Made by a program: the position numbers and the translations under genes. Below are positions 1-9,373 of a DNA stretch of 64,000 nt, one piece after another. The DNA comes from an uncultured Gemmatimonadales bacterium (lineage in GTDB: Bacteria > Gemmatimonadota > Gemmatimonadetes > Gemmatimonadales > Gemmatimonadaceae). The stretch is from positions 1,568,001-1,632,000 of the forward strand of contig OY969695.1 in the NCBI GenBank assembly GCA_963701965.1, given 5' to 3'. The notes beneath the pieces are model-generated. The model saw nothing but the letters and a program-made list of their open reading frames with translations, made no database searches and had not been told where the DNA came from. Position 1 is the first letter of the stretch; every line of letters starts with the position of its first letter.

Positions 1-427
1 CCGGGGCGGCCGTGATCTGCTCCGATGTGATGACGGGGTCGTACGTGGTCGCGTTCTTGGAAGAGATCAATGTCGCGACACCCGTGATGACCTGCTGCTC
101 GAGCTGCAGGACGTCGGGCGCCATGGCGACGGTATAGTCGGTGGTGCCCGCCACGAGGGGCACGACCTGCTGCTTGTAGCCGATGCGGCGGACGCTGACG
201 GTCTTGGCGTCCGATGGGACATCCCGCAGCGAGAACTTGCCGCTGTCCGTAGTGATGGCACCGAGGGACGTTCCCGGGACGGTGACCGTCGCCGAGGGGA
301 TCGGTGCCTTCGTGGTCTGGTCAAGCACGTGCCCAGTAATGCGTTGCGTCGTTCCTTGTCCCGACGCACTCTGTGCGACGGCGAGCGCGAGCGCCCACGC
401 CGACGCCATAGTCGAGCGTGCTCTCAC
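1..427 (-). CDS. susC: SusC/RagA-family TonB-dependent outer membrane receptor, N-terminal part (runs off the window edge)
   Basis: Not in the ORF track. GTG at 427 follows AAGGAG. Translation: signal peptide, then RITGHVLDQTTKAPIPSATVTVPGTSLGAITTDSGKFSL...VSVRRIGYK...LEQQVITG, the CarboxypepD_reg-like extension plus TonB-box region of SusC proteins. Confidence 0.8.
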   Translation of the reverse strand, partial: MRARSTMASAWALALAVAQSASGQGTTQRITGHVLDQTTKAPIPSATVTVPGTSLGAITTDSGKFSLRDVPSDAKTVSVRRIGYKQQVVPLVAGTTDYTVAMAPDVLQLEQQVITGVATLISSKNATTYDPVITSEQITAAP

Positions 428-516
428 AGCTACTCCTTTGTGATGGGAACGCGGTCCGGCTTCCCGCAAACATCAGATTACTATGGGATCCTCCTAGATT
501 CGTAGAGACAAGCGTG

Positions 517-545
517 TATCTATCGAACGGACAGCGCGCTGTCAA
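517..545 (-). promoter_or_regulatory. Putative sigma70 promoter of the partial susC with a palindromic operator over the -35
   Basis: Minus strand TTGACA (545-540), 17 nt, TAGATA. Perfect 14-bp palindrome GACAGCGCGCTGTC at 530-543. Confidence 0.5.
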
Positions 546-612
546 GAAATTGATCGCGCAGTGTTCGCTTAGAGCAGACCGGTCAGTTTTACTGAACCCG
601 ACCCTGCTGGCG

Positions 613-1065
613 CTATTTTGCTGGGGTCGAGGGGACCGAGGTGCCGTTGGAGGATCCCGCGCCCTTGCTGACGGCGATGGTCACGCCGGTCGCGAGGCCG
701 GCCACGATGGCCATCATCCCGAGGGTCCTGCCCTTCGATAACGTGCGCTCCTGCGTCACGTCGATGGCCCGAAAGGGGAACGTCACCAGTTCGTCGTTCC
801 AGGTCGCGTCACTGTTGTCGACGAGCGTCGTGCTGGTCACCGCGATCGTCACGCTGGCCGTATCGAACCCGCGAAGCCGGCCCATGACGGAACGCACGCC
901 GGTGCCAATCCGGCTGGCCATGACTTGGCGACCTTCGCTCGACAGCGTGAGACGCACCTGGCGTCCCGCAACCAGATCGCTCCGCGACACATCGGAATAG
1001 TTGTAGCAGCCCATCGCCGCGACGACGAACAACACGGGCGCATAGGGGCGAAATCGATCCAGCAT
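613..1065 (-). CDS. Hypothetical lipoprotein
   Basis: Start trimmed to ATG 1065 (MLDRFRPYAPVLFVVAAMGC, lipobox-like). C-terminal hydrophobic segment. Confidence 0.65.
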   Translation of the reverse strand: MLDRFRPYAPVLFVVAAMGCYNYSDVSRSDLVAGRQVRLTLSSEGRQVMASRIGTGVRSVMGRLRGFDTASVTIAVTSTTLVDNSDATWNDELVTFPFRAIDVTQERTLSKGRTLGMMAIVAGLATGVTIAVSKGAGSSNGTSVPSTPAK

Positions 1066-1092
1066 CGGAGTGAAAGCTCGAGAAAGTGTGAA

Positions 1093-1134
1093 GGCCCGGA
1101 GATCGGCGGCCGATCGGCCACCAACCCCCGGGCC
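1093..1134 (-). terminator. Probable intrinsic terminator after susD
   Basis: Minus-strand 19-bp stem GGCCCGGGGGTTGGTGGCC-GATC-GGCCGCCGATCTCCGGGCC, with all non-Watson-Crick pairs being G-U on this strand, followed by TTCACACTTTC. Confidence 0.6.
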
Positions 1135-1153
1135 ATCGCTCACGCGTCCGTTC

Positions 1154-2749
1154 TTACCAGGCCGCCGGCACCGACGAATAGGTCAGCGTCGGACACAGGT
1201 TCGGGTCGTTGGCGTTCTGCGATGTCGCGCCAACGCTCGGCGTGTTGGGGTCGGCACTGATCACCGTCTGGCCATAGGGAATACGCCCCGGAATGTTGGC
1301 CCGGGTCGCGGCCGATGTGGGACTCGACGGGGCCGCGGCCAACGACGGCATGCAGGTGCGCTTGTAGTCGTTGTAGACCTCCGGTGTAGCGAAGAGATCA
1401 ATGTACTTCTCCTCCATCACGTCTGCTAACGTCACGGGAATGGGGGGCTGCGCGGCGAACGTGCAATTGGATCCGTTGCAATTCGCGAGGCCGTCCAGCT
1501 GGTCGGCGCCATAGACCTCGTTGGCGCGCACGTTGTTGAGCGCCGTTTGCGCCGCCGCGGTCTGTCCGCCGTGCAGCGCGGCCTCGGCGATGATCAACTG
1601 TGTTTCCGTGTAGGTCACCTGCGGCTGACGAAACGAAGCGGCGCTGTTGAAGATGTTGAACGACGAGTTCTGGCCGCCAAACGGCAGCGCGGTATTGGCC
1701 CCCGGGCGCCACCCGGTGCATCCCTTGTCGGGGGCCAACGAATCAACGGTCAGCACACAGGGGTTGCCGGCGCCATCAAGGAAGTAGAACCCGAATCGGT
1801 TGTTGTCGATGTCCTTGCCGGCCAGGATGCGCGCTTTCATCAGGTGGATGATCGCCGCGCCCGGTGCGATGTCGCCGCGCGCGCCCATGAACGAGACCCA
1901 CTGATTGAGGCCGTTCGCGACGTTGGCGTACCAGTTCCAGTCGTGCGCCGACGCGGCGATGCCCAACTGGGCCTGTGCGAGCGCCAGCGGGTAGTTGGCC
2001 GGGTCCTTCTCGGCCATGTGCATGTAGTAGCGCGCCTTCAGCGAATGCGCGACCTCCTGGTAGACCTTCACCAGCGAGTCGGGAGGCAGCCCGGCGTAGA
2101 TGATCTCCGCGGAGCGCGCCACGCCTTCCGGCAGCACGCCGGTCGGGCCCAGGTTCGTCGCGCCCGTCGTCTTGCAGTTGAGATAGCGGATCGCCGAGTC
2201 CAGCGTCTGCTGCACCTCGGTGAACACGGTGAGCTGATCATCGAACTTGGGTGTCGGGAACTGCGCGGCGTCGAACGCCTGGCTGTAGGGGATCGCGCCG
2301 AAGATCGACGCCGCATTGCCGATGATCATCGCTTCCCAGACTTTCGCGATGCCGACATAGATCGAGTCGTGCTGCTCCTGCGCGATGAGCTGTACCTTGC
2401 GGGCATCCGCGGCGGCGCCGCCGCCGCCGCTCGTCGGCGGAAGCGCGGCGTAGAAAGCGGAGAACACGACGTCCGTCGCGCTGGTACCGACGACGTAGAG
2501 ATCGTAACCCTGCTGCTGGCGCGCCGCGCCCGAGATCTGCTGCGTGTACATGCCGAGGAAGCGCGCGAGCTGCGAGGTGTAGCTCTCCGCCTGCCCCGCC
2601 TCGAGGCCCACGTACAGCGGACCCGGGTCCTTGAGCCCGCTGATCGAGTTGGGGTCGTGCGTGCCGAGCCCAGGGCCCGACAGGTAGTTGCTGCACGCCG
2701 CGCCGCCGAGCAGCACGGCGCCGAGTGCGATCGCTTTGGCAATACGCAT
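1154..2749 (-). CDS. susD: SusD/RagB-family nutrient-binding outer membrane lipoprotein
   Basis: Lipobox LGGAAC; DPN motif; FGAIPYSQA; AHSLKARYYMH; ETQLIIAEA; EKYIDLF...EVYNDYKR; directly downstream of susC. Confidence 0.9.
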   Translation of the reverse strand: MRIAKAIALGAVLLGGAACSNYLSGPGLGTHDPNSISGLKDPGPLYVGLEAGQAESYTSQLARFLGMYTQQISGAARQQQGYDLYVVGTSATDVVFSAFYAALPPTSGGGGAAADARKVQLIAQEQHDSIYVGIAKVWEAMIIGNAASIFGAIPYSQAFDAAQFPTPKFDDQLTVFTEVQQTLDSAIRYLNCKTTGATNLGPTGVLPEGVARSAEIIYAGLPPDSLVKVYQEVAHSLKARYYMHMAEKDPANYPLALAQAQLGIAASAHDWNWYANVANGLNQWVSFMGARGDIAPGAAIIHLMKARILAGKDIDNNRFGFYFLDGAGNPCVLTVDSLAPDKGCTGWRPGANTALPFGGQNSSFNIFNSAASFRQPQVTYTETQLIIAEAALHGGQTAAAQTALNNVRANEVYGADQLDGLANCNGSNCTFAAQPPIPVTLADVMEEKYIDLFATPEVYNDYKRTCMPSLAAAPSSPTSAATRANIPGRIPYGQTVISADPNTPSVGATSQNANDPNLCPTLTYSSVPAAW

Positions 2750-2765
2750 TGGGGTCGGTCTCCGG

Positions 2766-5700
2766 TCAGCGGTTGAGTTGGAACGAGATCACGTAGGAGC
2801 GGTCCTGCGGGATGTTGAAGTAATCGATCCCCCGTACCGGTGAGGCGGAACCGAGGATGCTCGTCTCCGGGTCTACGCCGGTGTAGCTGGTCCACGTGTG
2901 GAGGTTGCGCCCGGAGAGACGCACCTCGATGCTGGAGAACGCGATCGCGCGCTGGAGCGCCGGCATGTCGAACGTGTAGCCGATCGAGACCTCACGGAGC
3001 TTGGCGAACCCGGAATGCTGGACCGCGTAGGAGCTGGCGCCCGAGAACACGCCGCCCTGATTCTGGAACCAGCTCTGATCGAGCGGCACGCTCTTGCCCG
3101 CGCCTTCGCCGGCCGCGCCCGCGCTCGTCGCGAAGTAGTTCTGGCCGAACTTCACCGTGCAGTTGCACTGCCGGTAGAACTGGGTGTCGCCCGACCGCCC
3201 GAAGTAGTTGAGCGCGAGCGACGTGCCGTTGTAACTATCGCCGCCGTTCTGCACGTCGAGCAGCGCACTGACCGAGAACTTCTTGATGTGAATGCTGGTG
3301 TGCAGCGAACCAATCCAGTTGCGGTTCGGATCACCGATCACGTATTGGGCGTTGTTGTCGACCTGCGGCAGGCCGCTGCCGTCGATGTAGAGCGCGCCCT
3401 TCTTGGCCCCTTTGCACTCGCCAGCGACCTGGTCGATGTTGACGCCGTTCACGATCGAGTTGTGGCCGCACCGCACGAAGTCCGTACCGTAGTACACGAT
3501 GGCGGGCTGGCCAACGACGGCCGCACCGGTGATCCCGCCCAGGCCCCCGGTGCCCCCGATGTCGACGAACTGCACGCCGGCCGGCAGGCTGGTCACCTGG
3601 CTGCGGTTGCGGGCCCAGTTCACGCCGACATCCCACGAGAGCAGTTTGGTCTGAATGGGTCGCAAGTTGAGCGCGAGCTCGAAGCCGCGGTTCCACAGAT
3701 TGGCCGCATTCTCGAACTCTTCCGAGAAACCGGTTGGTGCCGCCACCGGCACCGCGAAGATCGCGCCCGTGGTCGTCTGCCGGTAGTACGTGAAGCTGAT
3801 GTCGCCGAACGAATGGAGAAAGCCGATGTCGACGCCCGTCTCGAACTCCTTCTGCCGCTCACTCGTCAGATCCGGGTTCGGCGCGATCGGGTTCGTCGCC
3901 AGACCACCCTGGCCGTTGACGTTCCCCGTCGGAATACCGGTGGCGAAGCCGTCGCCGAAGGTCTGCGCACCAAACGTGGTACCGAGCACGTACGGCCGCG
4001 GCTGCGTGCCGCTCTCGCCGTACGCTGCGCGGAGCTTGACTGACGTCAGGATGTTGTTGCTGTTCGTGCCTTCCCGGATGACGTTCCAGGCGATGCTGCC
4101 CTTCGGGAAGAGGCTGAACTGCTTGTTCGGACCGAACGTCGACGCGCCGTCGTCGCGCAGCGCCGCGGTGAGGGACACCTGGTGCCACAGGTTCGCTTGC
4201 GCCTGCCCGAAGAACGACGCCAGCCGGACGTTGGACGTGTAGACGTTCGGCTGCTGAATGAGCGCCGTGTTGGACAGCGCGAACGGCGCCGGCGTGGATA
4301 GGCCGAATCCGGTCGTGGCCGACGTATTGTACTGCTTGACGTTGATGTTGTTACCGATCGTCAACGAGCCATCGAATGCCGACGAGAAGGTGTGGGTCGC
4401 CGTCCCGGTGATGGTCTGATCGATGGACCACGTCTTCACGAAACCTTGCGTCACCTGTCCCTGCGCGACGCTGCCATTGCCGGTCAGGCCGGCGCTGTTG
4501 CCCGAGCTCCACGGCTCACTGAACAAGCGCTCGTCGTTCGAGTAGTCCGCGCCGAGGAGCTCACTGAACCGGAGCCACGACACCGCTTGGTAGTCCGCGG
4601 TGACGTTCCCGTAGGTCCGCGCGACGTTGGCCGTATTGCGCTGCGTCTCCGCCACGAAGAACGGATTGTCGTAGATGCGGCTCAGGGCGTCCGTGTTCGC
4701 CGTCGGATTCTCGAATCGTGTCGAGCGGGGCTGGCCCGACGTCGGATCGAGATACGGCAGGTTGTTGAAGTTGGGTGGCGTGCGCCAGTCGCCGAGCAGG
4801 AGGCTCGACGTGCTGTTGCTGCTTTCGACGTACGCGCCGTTGGAGGCCGCGAACGCCACGTTGGCCCCGATCCGCAAGTCCGGGGCGATCTGTTGCGTGC
4901 CATTGAACCGCAGGGACGTCCGGCCGTACGAGTTGTTCGGACCGATGATCATCCCGCGATTGTAATTGTAGGCGCCCGACAGGTAGAACGTGGTCTTGTC
5001 GTTGCCGCCGGACGCGGTGATGGCGTTATCGTACACGTGCCCGGTCGTAAATATCTCGCCCGCATGGTCGAAGGTCGGCGTACCGGCGGGAATCACGGCG
5101 CCCCACGAGGCGCCGCGGGCCGGCGGTGAACAGTTTGGAATACCGGTGCACGACGAGGAGACGCCGCCCGACCCCATCGCGTAGGTCTGCTGGAGGAACG
5201 GCAAGTTGGAGACGTTGTCCCACGACGTGGAGCTCTTGAGCGAGTAGTGCGTCTGGCCGGCGTGCCCGTGCTTGGTCGTGATGAGAATGACGCCCTGGCC
5301 TGCGCGCGAGCCGTAGATGGCGCCGGCCGAGGGGCCTTTCAGAATCTCGACGTTCTCGACATCGTCGGGATTGAGGTCAATGGCCCGGTTCGGTTGCTGG
5401 GCGCCGCCGTTGGCCGCGGCGGTCATCCCCGGCGCGAACCCGGGCGTCTGCTCGATCGAGTTGTCGATCGGCACGCCGTCGACAACGATGAGCGGTTGGC
5501 CGTCGGACGCCGTGAGGGTCGTGAGCCCGCGGAGCTGGATGTAGGTCGAGACGCCCGGCTGGCCAGAGCTGGAGGTGACCTGGACGTTGGGCGCTTTGGC
5601 GGCCAGCGCGGTGATCAGATTGGACTCGTTGCTCTGCTGAATCTGCTCGGGCGTCACGTTGCTGCGCGTGGTCCCGAGTTGCTCGGCCAACGATGTGGTG

Positions 5701-6095
5701 CCGGCGCCGGTGACGACGATCGTCCCCAGCTGGAAGGGGTTGGAGATGAGCGCGAAGTTCTGCGTCACCGTGCCGCCGGCGAGGGTAACCGACGCCGAGG
5801 CGCTCTTGTAACCCACCAATCGCACCGAGAGCGTGACCGTCTGCCCCGCCACGCGGGACGACGGGATCACGATGGTGAACCGTCCGTCGCCACGCGAAAA
5901 GACGTTGAGATTCATCGTCTGGATCGAGACAGCGGCATCGGTCAGGGGGATGCCCGCGTCACTCGTCACCAAACCGGTGATGGTGACCGGCTGCTGCTGC
6001 GCGGCGACCCGCCCCGGGAGCGCGAGCGCGCTCAGCGTGGCGAGACCGAAGACCGCGGACCTGAGTGGCCAGGGGGCACTGCGCGGACTGGACAT
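2766..6095 (-). CDS. susC: SusC/RagA-family TonB-linked outer membrane protein
   Basis: Signal peptide; PLIVVDGVP; DLNPDDVENVEILKGPSAGAIYGSRAGQGVILITTK plug signature; C-terminal YTGVDPE...SYVISFQLNR. Confidence 0.95.
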   Translation of the reverse strand: MSSPRSAPWPLRSAVFGLATLSALALPGRVAAQQQPVTITGLVTSDAGIPLTDAAVSIQTMNLNVFSRGDGRFTIVIPSSRVAGQTVTLSVRLVGYKSASASVTLAGGTVTQNFALISNPFQLGTIVVTGAGTTSLAEQLGTTRSNVTPEQIQQSNESNLITALAAKAPNVQVTSSSGQPGVSTYIQLRGLTTLTASDGQPLIVVDGVPIDNSIEQTPGFAPGMTAAANGGAQQPNRAIDLNPDDVENVEILKGPSAGAIYGSRAGQGVILITTKHGHAGQTHYSLKSSTSWDNVSNLPFLQQTYAMGSGGVSSSCTGIPNCSPPARGASWGAVIPAGTPTFDHAGEIFTTGHVYDNAITASGGNDKTTFYLSGAYNYNRGMIIGPNNSYGRTSLRFNGTQQIAPDLRIGANVAFAASNGAYVESSNSTSSLLLGDWRTPPNFNNLPYLDPTSGQPRSTRFENPTANTDALSRIYDNPFFVAETQRNTANVARTYGNVTADYQAVSWLRFSELLGADYSNDERLFSEPWSSGNSAGLTGNGSVAQGQVTQGFVKTWSIDQTITGTATHTFSSAFDGSLTIGNNINVKQYNTSATTGFGLSTPAPFALSNTALIQQPNVYTSNVRLASFFGQAQANLWHQVSLTAALRDDGASTFGPNKQFSLFPKGSIAWNVIREGTNSNNILTSVKLRAAYGESGTQPRPYVLGTTFGAQTFGDGFATGIPTGNVNGQGGLATNPIAPNPDLTSERQKEFETGVDIGFLHSFGDISFTYYRQTTTGAIFAVPVAAPTGFSEEFENAANLWNRGFELALNLRPIQTKLLSWDVGVNWARNRSQVTSLPAGVQFVDIGGTGGLGGITGAAVVGQPAIVYYGTDFVRCGHNSIVNGVNIDQVAGECKGAKKGALYIDGSGLPQVDNNAQYVIGDPNRNWIGSLHTSIHIKKFSVSALLDVQNGGDSYNGTSLALNYFGRSGDTQFYRQCNCTVKFGQNYFATSAGAAGEGAGKSVPLDQSWFQNQGGVFSGASSYAVQHSGFAKLREVSIGYTFDMPALQRAIAFSSIEVRLSGRNLHTWTSYTGVDPETSILGSASPVRGIDYFNIPQDRSYVISFQLNR

Positions 6096-6159
6096 GGGCT
6101 GGTGGCACCTCGCGGTAAGGGAGGACTGAACGAGGAAACCATGCGGACCCCAGGCGACC

Positions 6160-6203
6160 TACTATTTCTATAGTACTATGATCGTAGTACTACACTCGTA
6201 GTC
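6160..6203. promoter_or_regulatory. Three tandem overlapping palindromes TACTAY-N4-RTAGT(A/C), putative repressor operator array
   Basis: TACTATTTCTATAGTA 6160-6175, TACTATGATCGTAGTA 6174-6189 and TACTACACTCGTAGTC 6188-6203; exact 14-bp period. Confidence 0.7.
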
Positions 6204-6217
6204 GTCGGGGTTCGGCC

Positions 6218-6246
6218 ACGTTACGTACCGCTTCTGTTTGTGTCAA
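6218..6246 (-). promoter_or_regulatory. sigma70-type promoter of susCD
   Basis: Minus strand TTGACA (6246-6241), 17 nt, TAACGT (6223-6218). Confidence 0.65.
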
Positions 6247-6366
6247 GAACGTGTCAGAGAAATGTTAAGGACTTGGCAGATGTGCAGAGGCCGTCGCAGG
6301 TGATAGGCGACGGCCTCTGGTGGTCCCGAAACGGTCTCGATCCTGTTGAGCCAGCTATCCCGGGCG

Positions 6367-6936
6367 CTAGGGCTTGGTCGAGAAATCCACCTTGGGTGCT
6401 TCCTGGGCCGCGGCCGTGGCGGTGAAATACGTGCGCGCCTTGGCGCCGCTCACCCGCGCCGTGATGGCCTGGGGAAACTGCCGGATATACGCGTTGTAGC
6501 TCTCCACGGCCTGGTTGTAGTCGGACCGCGCTGTCGCGATCCGGTTCTCCGTGCCGGTCAGCTCATCCATGAGCCGCTGATAGGCCTGGTCGGACTTGAG
6601 CTGGGGATACGCCTCGGTCACCGACCGGTTGAGGATCGTGATCTGCGACGACAGCTGCAGGTTCGCGTCGGCCTCGCGCGCCGGATCATGACTCTGCAGC
6701 GCGTCGGTCAGACCGGCCCGGGCCTGGGCCACGCCCTTGAACACGTCCAACTCCTGCTTCGACTGCCCCTTCACCGTCTCGACGAGGTTCCCGACCAGGT
6801 CGCTCCGCCGCTGCAACTGGACCTCGATATTCTTCTGCGCCTGCGCGGCCTGCTCGTCGTATTGCTGAATGGCGTTGTACCCGCAGCCCGTCAGCATCAT
6901 CAACCCGGTGATTACTACCGTCACCCTGTACCGCAT
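6367..6936 (-). CDS. lemA: LemA family protein
   Basis: Start trimmed to ATG 6936. Motifs GCGYN, QLQRRSDLVGNLVETVKG, EAYPQLKSD, ELTGTENRIATARSDYN, FP. Confidence 0.92.
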   Translation of the reverse strand: MRYRVTVVITGLMMLTGCGYNAIQQYDEQAAQAQKNIEVQLQRRSDLVGNLVETVKGQSKQELDVFKGVAQARAGLTDALQSHDPAREADANLQLSSQITILNRSVTEAYPQLKSDQAYQRLMDELTGTENRIATARSDYNQAVESYNAYIRQFPQAITARVSGAKARTYFTATAAAQEAPKVDFSTKP

Positions 6937-6938
6937 CG

Positions 6939-7466
6939 TCAAGCCCCCCGAAAGCTCATGTGCACGACGTATCGGCCAGCCTGGACTTCGCCGGGTCCGA
7001 GTTTCCACGCCTCCTTCGCCTTCTCGTTCAAACATTGATCCACCCGCGCGCCCGCGTCCTTCGCCGACCACGTGGAGTTGGCGACCTTGGCGTCCGTCAC
7101 ACCCGCCGCACCGACCGTCACCAGAATGGCCACCCCGCCATGCAACGAGGGGTCGAGCTTCTCCCCGTACTCCTCGAAACAGAAACGGGAAAACCCCGAC
7201 TCGCGATTCACCGAAGCCATGAGTGGCGGCGGCGCCGCCGCGTACTCGGCCTCGGCCTTGGCCGGTCGCGGTGGCGGCGGCGTGAACGTGTCGGGCGCGG
7301 CCGGCGGCAACGCGGTCTTAACCTGTGAAAGATCGACGGGGGTCGTATCGATCGCCTCCCTGACCGCCGCCGCCGGCTTGGCTGACGACTCGTGCCCGCC
7401 ACAACCGCACACGGCCGCGCCCGCTCCCGCGATCGCTACCGTGGCGAGGATCGCCAAAACCCTCAT
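6939..7466 (-). CDS. Exported or lipoprotein with Pro-rich linker and AgmX/PglI-type (TonB_C-like) C-terminal domain
   Basis: ATG 7466 overlaps the upstream stop (ATGA). C-terminus RFCFEEYG..DPSLHGGVAILVTV...TWS...DQCL aligns by eye with the C-terminus of 9343..10245. Confidence 0.7.
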   Translation of the reverse strand: MRVLAILATVAIAGAGAAVCGCGGHESSAKPAAAVREAIDTTPVDLSQVKTALPPAAPDTFTPPPPRPAKAEAEYAAAPPPLMASVNRESGFSRFCFEEYGEKLDPSLHGGVAILVTVGAAGVTDAKVANSTWSAKDAGARVDQCLNEKAKEAWKLGPGEVQAGRYVVHMSFRGA

Positions 7467-8179
7467 TCCTCGTAGGTGTCGAGATAGCCGATCAGGCGCT
7501 CGAGTCCAGCCAGATACCCGGACAGCACGTCGGTCGCTTCCCGACCGGCGAGCCGCGCCGACGATCGCACATGATGAATGGCGCGCAGAAATGGCTCGGC
7601 GTCGAGCCGCACCCGCGACGCGACGGCGCGCACCAATGCGTCGTTCTCGGCCGGCGGCGTGGCGCCGTGCAGGCGCTCCATGGCCCGAAACACGACCATG
7701 ACCTGACTGACGCTGTCGGCCAACACGTCGTGATGGGCCTCGCCGCCGACGGTCAGCAACCGGCGGCGCAAGCGCTGCAACGTCGACCGGGCCTGATGCT
7801 CGAGTTGGAGCCGCAAGCTGGCGGCGCTGACAACGACGCCCGCCACCGGCGACTCGCCGGCCAGGACGCGGTGGCGCGCCTGAATGTCCGCGTACTCCAT
7901 GGGAAAGGCGTCGGCCCCGGTCCGCCATTCGTCGAGCGTCATGATCTGGGGCGGAGGGTGCCCCGCCTTCCCCCAACCGCGCAGCGCGGCTTCGGTGGCG
8001 CGCAACCGGTCGAGGGGAACGGCATCCACGAGCACGAGCACGTTATAGTCGGACCGGCCGGCGATATGCTCGCCACCGGCGCCCGAGCCGTACAAGACCA
8101 CGGCCTTGAGCCCGCGCTCCCATACGCGCTCGAGCTGCTGGACCAGGTCGGTGAGCGCCGCGTCAACGTTCGGGGGCAC
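7463..8179 (-). CDS. Pol-beta superfamily nucleotidyltransferase-domain protein
   Basis: Start trimmed to GTG 8179. VVLYGS.A.G......SDYNVLVLV; the DxD motif reads DYN. Typical lemA/TPM neighbour. Confidence 0.8.
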   Translation of the reverse strand: MPPNVDAALTDLVQQLERVWERGLKAVVLYGSGAGGEHIAGRSDYNVLVLVDAVPLDRLRATEAALRGWGKAGHPPPQIMTLDEWRTGADAFPMEYADIQARHRVLAGESPVAGVVVSAASLRLQLEHQARSTLQRLRRRLLTVGGEAHHDVLADSVSQVMVVFRAMERLHGATPPAENDALVRAVASRVRLDAEPFLRAIHHVRSSARLAGREATDVLSGYLAGLERLIGYLDTYEE

Positions 8180-8187
8180 GCCGAATC

Positions 8188-9021
8188 TTACCAGCTCGAA
8201 CCGCCGCCGCCACCGCCAAACCCGCCGCCGCCGCCAAATCCGCCAAACCCGCCGCCGCCCCCGCCAGCGCCCCAGCCCCCACCACCCCCGCCCCAACCGC
8301 CGCCGCCACCACCACCGCCGAAGAAGATGGGGATGGGAATGCAGCCGCAGCCGCGCCCGCCGGCCATCGCCCGCAGGATCAAAAAGATCACGACGAACCC
8401 GATCAACAGCAGAACGGGCGAGATACCGGAAGGACGAGACCCGCCGCGGTCCGGGGACTCGGGCGGCGCCACGGCCAGCGACGTATCCAGCTCGAAGTGG
8501 AATTCGTCGGCGAAACGTTGCGCGGTTTGCGCGGTGACGAGCGTGAGCCCGGAGGAGTAGTCCTGTTGGCGAAAATAGGGCGTCGCGGCCCGGCAGATGT
8601 CGCCGGCGTCAGCGTCCGTGATGAAGCCTTCGGCGCCGCTCCCGGTCGCCACGAAGCAATGCCCGCGCCCGTCGCCGCTCGTCTCCTTCGGCACGAGCAA
8701 GATCACGGCGCCCGCGTTGCGCGTCGGGTCCCCAGGGTTCCCGATCTTCCCCACTTTCCACTGCCGGCCGATCTCCAACGACACCTGGGCGGGATCGCGG
8801 TCGCCGATATCGGGCAACGTCACGACCGCGATCTCGCCCCGGGACTTGGCGCGCACGTCGGCGGCGATCCGCTCGATCTTGGCCGATGCGTCCGGCGACA
8901 AGACGTGGGCGAAGTCGTTGACCAGGCCCACCGGCTGAGGAATCGTCAGTTGCGCGTGCGCCGGCGCCGCAATCGCAATAGCACGCACCAAGGCGAGCGC
9001 GACAGCCCCTCGGGCGATCAC
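8188..9021 (-). CDS. TPM domain (YgcG-like) membrane protein with Gly-rich tail
   Basis: VNDFAHVL, EIAVVTL, WKVG, G.GAEGFITD; TM helix; C-terminal FGGFGGGGGFGGGGGGSSW. Probable start GTG 9021. Confidence 0.88.
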   Translation of the reverse strand: MIARGAVALALVRAIAIAAPAHAQLTIPQPVGLVNDFAHVLSPDASAKIERIAADVRAKSRGEIAVVTLPDIGDRDPAQVSLEIGRQWKVGKIGNPGDPTRNAGAVILLVPKETSGDGRGHCFVATGSGAEGFITDADAGDICRAATPYFRQQDYSSGLTLVTAQTAQRFADEFHFELDTSLAVAPPESPDRGGSRPSGISPVLLLIGFVVIFLILRAMAGGRGCGCIPIPIFFGGGGGGGGWGGGGGGWGAGGGGGGFGGFGGGGGFGGGGGGSSW

Positions 9022-9034
9022 ATTACGCCCCACT

Positions 9035-9373
9035 ATGCGTGTCGCGGCCACACTGATCGCGGCGATGATGATTGCGTGCTCCGGCAAAGGGGCCAGGGAT
9101 GCATCGCCTGAAAAGCTACCCGAAAGCTCGGGGCCGGCGCGACCGCCCGCCCCACCCGTAACCGATTCTCTTGCCCGGCTCGAGGGCGTCTTTCAGCAGG
9201 AACGCGCCGCGATCAACGCCGAGGCTGCCGCCCTCGACTCGGCGCCTGCCGCCGCGCGATTCGCCGCCGCGTACGCGGCGCGATTCGACTCGCTCCGCGC
9301 GCGCACGATCCGCGCCGAGTCTTTGCGGGCGCGGCTCAAACGCTATCGTGTGAAGTTGAAGGAAAACTCGTAG
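9035..9373 (+). CDS. Hypothetical small lipoprotein
   Basis: MRVAATLIAAMMIAC lipobox-like start; helical body. The 3' end overlaps the convergent gene by 31 bp. Confidence 0.5.
   Translation: MRVAATLIAAMMIACSGKGARDASPEKLPESSGPARPPAPPVTDSLARLEGVFQQERAAINAEAAALDSAPAAARFAAAYAARFDSLRARTIRAESLRARLKRYRVKLKENS

Noticed and set aside
8188..8320. (CCG/CCA)n-like repeat tract
   Set aside because: Encodes the Gly-rich tail of the TPM protein; not a CRISPR array or independent repeat.
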